The position numbers were made by a program, and so were the translations under genes. Positions 49,650 to 60,454 of a stretch of 64,000 nt of DNA are shown one piece after another. This DNA is from Lingula anatina (lineage: Eukaryota; Animalia; Brachiopoda). The notes under the pieces were generated by a model. The model did no database searches, was not told the DNA's origin, and worked only from the letters and a program-made list of their open reading frames with translations. Position 1 is the first letter of the stretch. Each line of letters starts with the position of its first letter. Where the stretch lies: contig CM120642.1 in NCBI GenBank assembly GCA_051362555.1, positions 1,612,001-1,676,000 on the forward strand, read 5' to 3'.

Positions 49650-52600
49650 TGAGACAGAAGGCCTGATCATTGCTGCACAAGACCAGAGTCTGGCCACTAG
49701 AGCCTACCACCATCACATCATCAAAGATGGAACTGACCCACAATGTAGGATCTGTGGAAGATACGAAGAGACCATTGACCACATCATCTCAGGCTGCCCA
49801 GAACTGGCAAAGACAGAGTACATTCACCGACATAACAAAGCAGCAACCTACCTGCATTGGAAGATCTGCAGAGAATACAAGATCAAGACAGCTGACAAAT
49901 GGTATGAACATCAGCCCAACACAGTCACTGAGAACAATGAGATCACCATCCTGTGGGACATGCCCATACAGACCGACAGAGAGATCAAAGCGAATAGACC
50001 AGATATCGTTATCAAGAACAAGAAAAACAAGGAATGCACCCTTATAGACATGGCAATACCATCAGAACGCAACACCTCTGTCAAAGTAACAGAAAAACTG
50101 TCAAAGTACAAGGACCTGGAGATCGAGATCAACAGAATGTGGGGTACAAAGACCATAACAATACCTGTGGTCATTGGAGCTCTGGGACTTGTGAAGAAGG
50201 GATTAGAGAAATACACCGACAAAATCCCTGGAAACATCAACATCCACGAAGTCCAGAAGATAGTTCTCCTCGGCACAACACACATACTACGAAGGGTGCT
50301 ATCAATGAAGTAGAAAGGAACAACTACCCTCTAGCGCCTCAGGACCATTGTTTGGGCCCGGCTCTTTAGGACGTAATAAACAATGCAGAAAGAGACGACA
50401 CATGATAATAATAATAATAATAATAAAGATGATGAAAATTAATTTCCCTTGGAAAAGGTCTGCACTCTCTGAGTGCTTCTCTAGTTCTTAAACAAATCAT
50501 ATTTCAGCCTAATAAACAAGTCTTTGTTTTATCATTCTAGTTTACATGTCCTCAGCAAGTCAGAAGGTATCCAGGATCTGGGTGGCATGAAGTGGCATAT
50601 TCTACTGTGCCTTACTCTGGCATGGATATTAGTCTTTGTGTGCCTCATTAAAGGCATCAAATCTTCAGGAAAGGTAGAGTATGCTCCATTAGTGTGTGAA
50701 TATTAGTCAGATGTGTAAGGATACCTTTGAGATAACCATGAGGCCCAAAGAAGATATTTTGAACAAGTATAAATTGCCAGATGAAAAATGAAAGAATTGC
50801 AGTGATTGTGTAAAGTATTTAGAAGTATAGAACATGTAACAATAATAGCAAGTGGAGTAATGGTAATAGTTTTAAATGGTAGTTACATCATTAATACTTT
50901 GTAAATAATTGAAATATTTCTATATTTCAGGTTGTGTATTTTACAGCAACATTCCCATACATCCTCCTGTTCATTCTGTTCATACGTGGAGTCACACTGA
51001 GTGGGTTTGAGGATGGCATCAGATATTATTTTACCCCTCAGTGGGAAAAACTGGCCTCAGCTCAGGTGTGGAAGGATGCCGCGGTGCAGATCTTCTTCTC
51101 ACTGTCCACCTGCTGGGGAGGTCTGATCACTCTGGCCAGCTACAATAAGTTCCATAATAACTGCTACAGGTTAGTAGGCATAGGGAATGGTTCATTACTG
51201 ATTTAACTGTGAAAATTGAAACGTGTTTAAAATTAGAATTATGCTGTTTTAGGGCCATGTCAAATAATGTTTCGAACTGAAGCTGTAATTAGACTTTGAG
51301 TCCCTTTTTCACATAGTATGTACCTTTCTGTTTCACAATCTGCCTTTAACTGATTGGGCCAATTAAAATTAATCTGGATATTAGTAACTGACTGTGCTGA
51401 GGATGGGATTTTGATGACTCTCTATGTAAATTGCCAGTCTCAAAAATGGTGCAAAACAGAAAAGTGAACCACACAATGTGAAAAGGGCCCCAGTTTGTGA
51501 TGCAACTTAAAAATTTGAGTTTTCAAACAGTTTATGAATGGTATTATGTAAAATGTTTATGTTTATGAAGCATACTTAATGGACTGGGACAAAAATCAGT
51601 TTGTTCAGATTAATAAAAGTTTTCTCTTGGATCAAAGAATTACTGTATATTATCTAAAAAGTTTCATGAACAAGTTGCTGTGTATGTTAATTTCAGAGAT
51701 GCGGTGATCATAGCTCTGGGTAATGGTGCCACCTGTGTGTTTACTGTATATTATTTAAAGAGTTGTCATGTGTTATAATTTCAGAGATGCAGTGATCATA
51801 GCTCTGGGTAATGGTGTCACCTGTGTGTTTACTGTATATTATTTAAAGAGTTGTCATGTGTTATAATTTCAGAGATGCAGTGATCATAGCTCTGGGTAAT
51901 GGTGTCACCTGTGTGTTTACTGTATATTATTTAAAGAGTTGTCATGTGTTATAATTTCAGAGATGCAGTGATCATAGCTCTGGGTAATGGTGTCACCTGT
52001 GTGTTTACTGTATATTATTTAAAGAGTTGTCATGTGTTATAATTTCAGAGATGCAGTGATCATAGCTCTGGGTAATGGTGTCACCTGTGTGTTTACTGTA
52101 TATTATTTAAAGAGCTGTCATGTGTTATAATTTCAGAGATGCAGTGATCATAGCTCTGGGTAATGGTGTCACCTGTGTGTTTACTGTATATTATTTAAAG
52201 AGTTGTCATGTGTTATAATTTCAGAGATGCAGTGATCATAGCTCTGGGTAATGGTGCCACCTGTGTGTTTGCTGGACTGGTCATATTTGCCATCATGGGG
52301 GTCATGGCACACGAGATGGGAACAACTATTGATAAAGTCATATCAGAAGGTAGGCTAAAAGATGTGATCTTAGACTGCACTGCTTCAGAAATAAGAACAA
52401 TAAAATTGAATTACATTAGATTACATTATATAGTGTCCAGGTAATTAGTACATTTAATATAGCTAAAAAAATTAGTCTGCTATTGAAAAGCAGACATTGG
52501 CCCTGCTTTGATATATTCAAAATTAAAGGCTCTGTTCTCACAACTTTTAGATCGATCTATCACTGCGGGGAGTCTCACTAGATTACTGTCAGATAATCCC

Positions 52601-55600
52601 CCTTAAGTGTCCGTTCCCGCCTACTACAAGCTTTAAGGGGTAATTAACTTTCGTGTCCGCCCGGCTGACAGCTATTTAGCGTGAACCCCCAGGGAGTTAG
52701 GTCGATCCAATGTAGGTCGATCTAATCTATGAGAATGGGGTGAAAAACAAAAGGCAAATCTTTGAGTTCATCACATGAAATTGCTTTGAAAAGTTTCCTA
52801 ATTTTCTTTAAAAAGAACAGTAAAATCTGATCATAGATCTATATATATAAGGTTATTGTACTGTTTCAGAGGTTGGTCTTGCCTTTGTCATCTACCCAGA
52901 CGCAGTGTTACGTATGCCAGTGTCTCCACTCTGGTCAATACTGTTCTTCTTCATGCTGCTCTTTGTGGGACTGGATACACAGTTTGCCATCGTGGAGACT
53001 GTGTCCACCGCCATTGCTGATGAGTTTCCACACAAGTTTGACAACACCAAACCCAGGAGGAAAGTGTTGCTGATTTTGGTGCTCTGTTTGATATATTTTT
53101 TCTTAGGATTGCCAATGTGCACTCAGGTGAGTTGTATGTCATATGTTGTTATACAACAGAGCATTTTCTTTTCTCTGTTGTTTTTATTTTGCCAAATACT
53201 TACGGTTTGTGTAAACAAATTTGTTGAATTTCTTTTACAGTTTGAAAAATTAAGACATTCAAACACTTTTGTCTGCCAGCAGCAATACCATGAAGTAGTA
53301 AAAAGCAAAAAAATTTTATTGAATTATAATAAAAAAATTCAAAATTTTGTTATTGTTTATCCACCTAATATATCTGTCTATCTGTCCAGGGAGGTATCTA
53401 CCTAATGCAGCTAATGGACCACTATGCAGCCAGCTGGAGTGTGCTGATCATAGGGATCTGTGAGTGTGTAGCCCTGTCCTGGGTGTATGGGGTGGACAGG
53501 TTTGGGGCTGACATCAAGGCCATGATTGGCAGGGAGCCCAGCTTTATGTGGAAGTGCCTCTGGAGGCTGATAACACCCATTATTATCACGGTGAGTTGGA
53601 CTGTGTGGTGAACAGGTATGAGCTTTCCTCCTTGAAAACTAAGTGAAGTGATAGGGGAAACAGGCTGGGATTATCTTGACCCAGTGATACTACAGGATGC
53701 TTGTTTCACCCTTTTCACTTTTACTTTCTGTTTCCGAGTACCCCTGAGGCAGTGAGCTCCCCTGAATAAGAGAAAGTCTCGGACCAATACTAGAATACTG
53801 GAAACTAAACTCTATAATCAGCATGATACAAAACATGTGCATCACATTCACTGAGGCACTTTTTGTCTAACAACCCACGACACAGACATACTCTGTTGCT
53901 TTGCGTTTCTCTAAATGAATATTTGTTCTTTCAGTTTGTCCTTGTGTTTTCCCTGGCAGACTACACGGCCGCCTCCTATGTGGAGTATTCCTTCCCGCTA
54001 TGGGCTGATATCATGGGCTGGATGATGGCCCTGGTCTCCATTGTAGTCATTCCTGTGTGGGCCGTCTACATCATCTGTAGGGCACATGGATCTCTCTGTG
54101 AGGTGAGACAATAGGAGTTCAGTGTCTCTTACAAAGTATATAATTAGTTGGTGAGATAAAATGGAGTTTAAGAATCTTAATAGAAGAATTGCAAGGATGG
54201 ATCTCTCTGCGAGGTGAGGCAAAGAATAGTTCAATGTCTCTTATAAAATATAAATTTAACAAAGGAAAAGAAAAATATAATCTAAATTGAAGAAATATAT
54301 TCCTAATAAAATATTTCATCCTTCAAACAAAAAATGACCTTGGTAGTTTGAATACCACTCTTTCTTATTAATATTGTTATTACCTCTATTTCTCTATACT
54401 ACGATATTATTCAATATTTCAGAGACTAAGAGTGGTATCTCACCATACAGTGGACTGGACAACTACTATCTCTATACTATGATATTATTCAATATTTCAG
54501 AGACTAAGAGTTGTATCTCACCATACAGTGGACTGGGGTCCAGCACTGGAGCAGCACAGACTGTTTATAGCACAGCTACCCAGGATGTACAACTATTATC
54601 TCAATGCTCTTAGCGAGGACTCCACCACTGAGTTTGAAGGCATACAGTCCTCAGTGGGTAAGGAATCAGGCAAGCAGTAGTGTTAAGGAAATCTTAGGAT
54701 TGTTTTTAGATTCTGTATGGAATGGATGGTTATGAATGTTAAATTTTTTTTAATGTTCACGAAAGGTTTGTTTGGGGTTTGTAGAAAGGATTCAATGAGA
54801 ATGGAAAGGCATGTGGCATGTTAACATTCAACCTGCAAAGTCAGTGACACTAAGACAAATTCTTTCATTGTCGTTTTATTTTTTTCTGGGCACAAGAAGT
54901 CTCATAAATTGTATGGATGAGGACTGAAACTTTTTCACTGGAAATGTGTGAATTATAAAATATGTAAAGCAATTTGAAAGTTCTTTTGTGAAAAGTGTAA
55001 AGCTGAAGTTTCACTTCCTGTAAAAACATTAGTGTCAGGGCCTAACTTGATGGTTGAAGAGTGAGGTTTCATGCATGGTTTTTCATTCCAAGCTGATGTG
55101 TGTGAAATATAACACATGTAGCAGTTTGTGATGTTTTATTGTGCAGAAAGTTTAAATACACAGAAAGTTTCACCTTCCTTCATTGGCTTAATCTTTTCCC
55201 CCATCTTTTTGTTGCTGGTTAGAAATAAAGATTTCTGTGCTTGTTTTTTGATCTTGGATTTGGGCATACTTCTAACTCAGCATCTGTCACATGGTTGATA
55301 ATGATGGTTGTCAGCAGAATGTCTTTTTCCTTGAGTAGACTAGTTAAAGTGTGTTATTTTCATGTCTGCATTCTTGAAAGATCTGCAGGTGGTTGTCAGA
55401 CTGTTGGTTGACATGGTTGACAAGGTTGACTAAAGTGCATGAGGAGATATGTGTTTGGCAGTTGTAGCTTTACTTTCCAGATCTTACTGTTCGCAGTATG
55501 AGAGAATTACTGAGGAATGGCCAGTTAACTGAAGGTAACTTGAGACTAGACGACATAGGCATGGCTACTAACAGATTATCAAATTGAATGTGCATGTGAA

Positions 55601-57943
55601 TGATCAGGAAATGTTAAAAGAAATGGAGAACATCTTTGTAAAGATGACTGGAAATTAGATGATTAGTAGCTGCTTGATATCAGTACTAATTTGATATAAA
55701 AACTAATATTTTATGGCAGGACACTAAAAGCATTCATAACAGCTAGCATGCTTATAATGCAAGATTTTACTGTTAACCTGCACTTTATTTACGAGCTTCA
55801 CCTGTGGTATCATTGCTTAAATTGCAAGCTGTTGATTACTGCAACTAACATAATATTTTTCATGGATGAAAATAACATAAAAAATCCTTCAAAATGAACA
55901 TTTTAAAAACTTTCACAAAATTACAAAATTGTGGCATTTAATCATTCAATAAACAACACTTGCTTTACAAATTGTAGAATAGGTTGCTTGCTTATTTCTT
56001 TTCATTTAATTACTGTTAATTCAATGTTAGTGGCATGACTTCATTTTATTAATCATTGCCATCGACAATTTCCTTTGCTTCAAACTTTTATACTTAAAGT
56101 GGTGTGTGATTGATAGATGGTGTTATAATTGCACAAGTAGTTGGGCTAATTGCACAGTTTTTATAAACATGATGCATGATCGAGGTGATTTGGCTTTTAG
56201 TCAGAGGATAAAGGTACATCCACCTTATTTATGTATGTATATGATATTTTCATCTGCAGGTGAATGCATTGGTAATTGCATATGTTCATATTACTGATTT
56301 GAAGTTAATTAAGTTTTTAATTTTTCTTTTACTGTGAAATATTTAGCAATGTGATATTACATTATGCTCAAACTTTATTTAAAGGTTTTAAAAAATATTT
56401 TAACCAATTTTATAAGGATATTCAATGAAGATGAACATGAAGCAAATGAGAACACCCAGAAAGAGACAGGCTTTCAATACATACATCAACAGTTTTACAC
56501 TTATCTTGCCTTGACATAAGCCTGTAGCATTTAATTCAATTTCCAAAATTTGTAGAAATGCAAGTCTTGACAATTTCTCATAAAATCTGCTCCAGTTGGG
56601 GTAAGGTGTTGGTCATTTTAGTGATGACCCCATGTGTATTACTGGTCAGTCTTGAATGGTCATCATATCAACCTTTGCAGAGTTAACAGTGAGAAGCATG
56701 AGAGAAATGCTGAGGAACCATCAGTTAGCAGAACAGGAGAAGAAAAGGAAGGCCTCCTTGTCTAGTGTACCTGCCAAGAGACCTTCCACAAAGACCAGAA
56801 AGACATCTCCCTCTGGGTCATCCTCCACTAATAAAAGTGACCTAATTACTAGAGACAGTGAGTGTTTGTTCTTGGATGTTTGTAGGTGTTACTTTGCAGA
56901 ATTGTTGAGTTGTTTCATGTTGTGCTGATTATGTGGCAAAAACAAACATTTTCTTAACTTCGTTAAATGAAAAAAAAAAAAAAAGATTTTTTTCATCCAT
57001 TATCAGAAGAATTAAGGAAGTTTTGTTAGCTCATGGCTGCCTTTGATAGTGTTATTTGTATGTAAAATTGCAGCAATATATTTATTGAATGAGGAATAAA
57101 GTGTTATAAATCATTAGTCACTTTGAAGTATCACTTTTTTATCACTTTCTAGTGCCACCAGAATACCAGAAAGCCATAGAAGAGGGAGAGATGATTCTTG
57201 TACGTAAACCCAAAAAACCTGTCCCCATGGAGGACAAATGTATTCAGACTGACCCGGTCAGTAACGGGGGACTGAAGAACACTCCAAATGGCAATGTGCA
57301 AGGTAGCAGTATCAACAACACAACCATAGGCGGCGACACAGTCACAGCCTCTGGTGAAAAAATCCTCAACAGTTGTCTGAAGAAAGGTGGGAATTCTAAG
57401 AAGCGCAGGGGGAGGAACATAAGGGTGTGTAAAGTTGAGATAGAAAGCCCCACATCAGAACAAGTGAAAGACAGTTCAGCCTTTGCAGTGGAAAATGAGA
57501 TGTCTTCATTGCCGCCCACGAGATCAAAGGCATCCTCTCCAAGATCAAATTCACATTTGCTCCCATCAAATAAACCACAGTCCTCTGTACCTGTAACAGG
57601 GACACCTTCACATCATCATTCAAACTCATCTTTAAACAGTAAACACAGTGAAACTTCCACAGCAAGGCCCATGGCATTCCATTCTGGGAATGGGGACTCT
57701 CATGAAGAGCACTGCCCTCTATCTACAAAACTGGACTTGAGCTTGAACTCTAGTGGGGACAGTATTGGTGCTAATGAACAAATTCATTGTCTATGCAATA
57801 GAAAGGGTTCTCCTCGCCAAGCCCATTTTTCCATTGGAAACCAGCCTGTGGCTCAGTCAAGTCAACAAACAGCAAACAGTGCAGCAAGCTGCAATTTGGA
57901 CAATAACGATGATGACGACAGATTTGAGGAAACGCAAATGTAA
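47177..57943 (+). CDS. SLC6 gene B constant region: GlyT2/GlyT1-like glycine transporter with a long C-terminal tail
   Basis: Exons 47177-47393, 48103-48234, 48700-48843, 49030-49309, 50541-50673, 50931-51169, 52225-52349, 52870-53126, 53390-53590, 53935-54102, 54501-54657, 55481-55534, 56681-56857, 57153-57943. All GT-AG and phase-consistent (3075 nt). Motifs [57 protein letters not shown]. In-frame gccATGg at 47207. Confidence 0.93.
48103..48234 (+). CDS. Gene B exon, TM2
   Basis: [33 protein letters not shown]; 132 nt as in gene A. Confidence 0.95.
48700..48843 (+). CDS. Gene B exon, TM3
   Basis: [31 protein letters not shown]...[12 protein letters not shown]; 144 nt as in gene A. Confidence 0.95.
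49030..49309 (+). CDS. Gene B exon, long Ser/Thr-rich EL2
   Basis: CSENAY...FRSPSEEYF; phase 1 to phase 2. Confidence 0.93.
49649..50405 (+). mobile_element. 5'-truncated non-LTR retrotransposon (R4/Dong type, restriction-like endonuclease) inserted in (TAA)n
   Basis: CX2CX8HX4C knuckle ([18 protein letters not shown]), RHN, RPD...D...K..KY endonuclease motifs, stop at 50313, short 3'UTR; (TAA)n on both sides (49599-49648, 50406-50426). Confidence 0.92.
50541..50673 (+). CDS. Gene B exon, TM4
   Basis: [44 protein letters not shown]. Confidence 0.95.
50931..51169 (+). CDS. Gene B exon, TM5-6
   Basis: [10 protein letters not shown]...[18 protein letters not shown]; 239 nt equals 135 + 104 in gene A. 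Confidence 0.96.
51640..52270 (+). repeat. Tandem array of splice acceptor plus first 46 nt of the TM7 exon, 7 copies of 88 bp
   Basis: tttcag|agatgc exon starts at 51697, 51785, 51873, 51961, 52049, 52137 and 52225. Confidence 0.97.
52225..52349 (+). CDS. Gene B exon, TM7
   Basis: [30 protein letters not shown]...VISE; 125 nt. Confidence 0.92.
52528..52742. mobile_element. Fold-back MITE-like element
   Basis: Nested inverted blocks: ttctca/tgagaa, ttagatcga/tcgatctaa, ctgtcag/ctgacag, ccccttaa/ttaagggg; CpG-rich; left end ggctctgtt matches the 8779 MITE. Confidence 0.65.
52870..53126 (+). CDS. Gene B exon, TM8-9
   Basis: [38 protein letters not shown]...LGLPMCTQ. Confidence 0.95.
53390..53590 (+). 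CDS. Gene B exon, TM10-11
   Basis: [34 protein letters not shown]...; 201 nt as in gene A. Confidence 0.95.
53935..54102 (+). CDS. Gene B exon, TM11-12
   Basis: FVLVFS...[21 protein letters not shown]; 168 nt as in gene A. Confidence 0.95.
54391..54536 (+). repeat. 78-bp duplication of an acceptor plus exon start
   Basis: aatatttcag|agactaagag occurs with exon starts at 54423 and 54501. Confidence 0.95.
54501..54657 (+). CDS. Gene B exon, proximal C-tail
   Basis: [20 protein letters not shown]...; G|GTAAGG donor in phase 1; alternative G|GCAAGC at 54669; read-through stop at 54678-54680. Confidence 0.85.
55481..55534 (+). CDS. Gene B candidate 54-nt cassette exon ([18 protein letters not shown])
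   Basis: ctttccag| and G|GTAACT, phase 1 at both ends; homologous to the start of exon 56681. Confidence 0.7.
56681..56857 (+). CDS. Gene B C-tail exon ([18 protein letters not shown]...)
   Basis: ctttgcag| and |GTGAGT, phase 1 at both ends, 177 nt open. Confidence 0.75.
57153..57943 (+). CDS. Gene B terminal exon, about 263 aa low-complexity tail ending EETQM
   Basis: tttctag|TG joins the phase-1 A to give ATG; long ORF; AATAAA at 58848. Confidence 0.75.
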
Positions 57944-58847
57944 TACCAAGGGGGCCTCACCAGCTCTTCATCAACATTATCATCATCACCATCATCATCA
58001 TCATCATCAAGTCTGTTCTTGCACATAATGGGGTTGGCAGGATTTTCATAGCTGTCAAATGCCTCTTACACTCACGGTGGTTCTCTTTCCTATTATATCT
58101 AGGCCACCTGCTAAAACTCTAATTATGGTTTCATGGGGACGTTTCTAAAGCAGCCAACACATTAGGCTACTGTATACAACATATCCAGGTAAAATATGGC
58201 ACTGACTTGCTTAATTTTGAATAAGTTCAAGTGCCCTTATAGCCTGCCTGTTGCGCAATTACTCTTCAAGATATAAAATAATGGGAAAAATTCTCTGTGG
58301 ATTGCTGGGAGCCATCTTTGAACCAGTATTTTCTTTCTGTTGTTTCTTTTTTGAAGTATTTGAAGACTACACATATATGCAAACTATATCCTGCAGATGC
58401 ACAAAATCTTCCATACATAATTATATTCATATTACCATAAAAAGGGGGAATTCAACATTATTTACAGAGCCTCATTATGTATAAGCAAATATAAGGAGAA
58501 AATCAGTGTAAACCATTTCAAGATTTTCATCAGTTTGGTTTCCTCTACAATAATATAATAACTTCAAGCAGTGTAAGGTTAAAATTTATCAGCTGGGAAA
58601 AATGCCCAGTGGCAACATTCCATTAGTTGATTGGAAGAAATCTGTTGTTAACTCGTTGAATAATTGTGGACTGTCAGATTGTTATCTTTTTATATTTATA
58701 TATCTATACTTTTAACATGTAGCCTAATTATGGTGCTGAAACTTGGGAAGCACAATTGAAATTGATATGACTGGTTTGAATGCTCACTTCTTCAGATTTT
58801 ATGTCCGAGTTTACTTACATGAAATTTGTTATTTAGCATTGTAGAAC

Positions 58848-58853
58848 AATAAA
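58848..58853 (+). terminator. Candidate polyadenylation signal of gene B
   Basis: AATAAA about 900 nt after the stop, followed by T/GT-rich sequence. Confidence 0.5.
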
Positions 58854-60257
58854 ATTATATATGATTTTACAGTCTTGTCTATCATATATCTATGTCAACA
58901 GCTGTGTCATATTGAATTTTACAAATAGAAAATCGTGCACGCTAATATCATTTTACATTATTTAAAACACCTGGATGTATTTATGTAAATGATCAAAGAC
59001 CACGGTACATTTTATTGTAAGAACTTATTAATATTACTTTACTCTTTACCACCACCTTTTACCCATTCTTAATTGCTCCCTTAGGGAAAAATTAAATTGG
59101 CCATCCAAATAAAAGAACGATCTTTTTAGAAACTTTGACAACAGATTCCATTTAATTTCAGTCAACACAATTTAAAAGTGGGGTTGCACTCAAGCATAAT
59201 TAATAAAATGATTAACAGAAGGCTTGATCTTGTTTCCTTATAAAAATCTTGCAAAATTAAGCACTGATGAAAAATTAATGTTGATGTTAATTTTATTCAA
59301 ATGTGTATGTAATAAAAACCTAACAGATGCAGCACTATATATTTAACTTTTCAGATGTCAATTTAAAGTCGAGTCCAAAAAGTTATTTTTTTGCAAAGTA
59401 GCTAAAAAAAATCAACATTATGCTTAAGAATAGCGCACAGTTTAAAATGTTCTACATTTTCAGTCTAGGTTGAAGTAAAAAGTGCCTGGTCAGCAAAGTA
59501 GACTGTATCACAGCACAAACATCACAACTTGAAGGTTTTCAAGGGAAGCCATTCATATCACCATATGATTACCATGAAAACTTGTAACAACACTCTGGAG
59601 TATAGCACCCATTAACTGACTGACTAAATATTGAACAATAGAATTTTACAAAAAATTCAGATAGAATTTTATTCCTTCATTATTCATTACAACACAAATA
59701 ATTATCACAACTTTTACTCTACATGTTGCATTTAGTTCTTTAAAAAATCTTAGAACTAGAATGCTGACTGGGAAGAGGAACTGCATTTGAGCACCATTAT
59801 ATATAAAGATATATAAAACACAGATATTTCACAACAAAGTTAATGTTTCATAAGCTGAATTTAAAACAAAAAATATACACTTAACAAACATTTATATTAT
59901 CCAAGGAAGATCAGTTACAACAATAAGTAGTATTGTTCAGAAGAGTACATCATCTTAAAATGGAAAGGCACTGCTTTCAAGCTTGAATATCAGTTAAAAA
60001 GAAGAATAAATTCTTATATGATAAATTTCACAAAAATCTCGATGCCTTTTAGATAACAAACATCCTTACCTCCCACTTCATATAATGTAATGTTAAAATC
60101 TTATTAACAAAAATATTAGTTTCAAATCAATATGTGTACTGTCCTGGCTTTGTCTTTGAATTAACCAAGACAGTAAATAAAACCAATATATCATCACAAA
60201 CCACACATAAAATATGTCCAGCATGTAACCATGACAACATGTAACCATGACGACCAG

Positions 60258-60347
60258 TTACCATGGCCAGCATGGGTCATCACAGTGTTGTTTGTATGTC
60301 TCCAGTTTCCCTGCATTGACCTGCATCAGTGCTGTGTATGTGGTCAG
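60258..60347 (-). CDS. Candidate terminal exon of an unidentified convergent gene
   Basis: Minus strand gtcttgtttccag|CTGACC; open in phase 1 (DHIHSTDAGQCRETGDIQTTL*, stop 60280-60282) and phase 0 (LTTY...CWPW*, stop 60258-60260); T-rich UTR-like sequence on minus down to AATAAA at 59011-59016. Confidence 0.4.
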   Translation of the reverse strand: MTTYTALMQVNAGKLETYKQHCDDPCWPW

Positions 60348-60454
60348 CTGGAAACAAGACAGATTTGAATGTATTTAATATTTTTCGAATATTTGAACTA
60401 TTTCCCAGCATATTAAATTTTCTTAAAATCGATGCAATTCTAGACTTGTATTAA

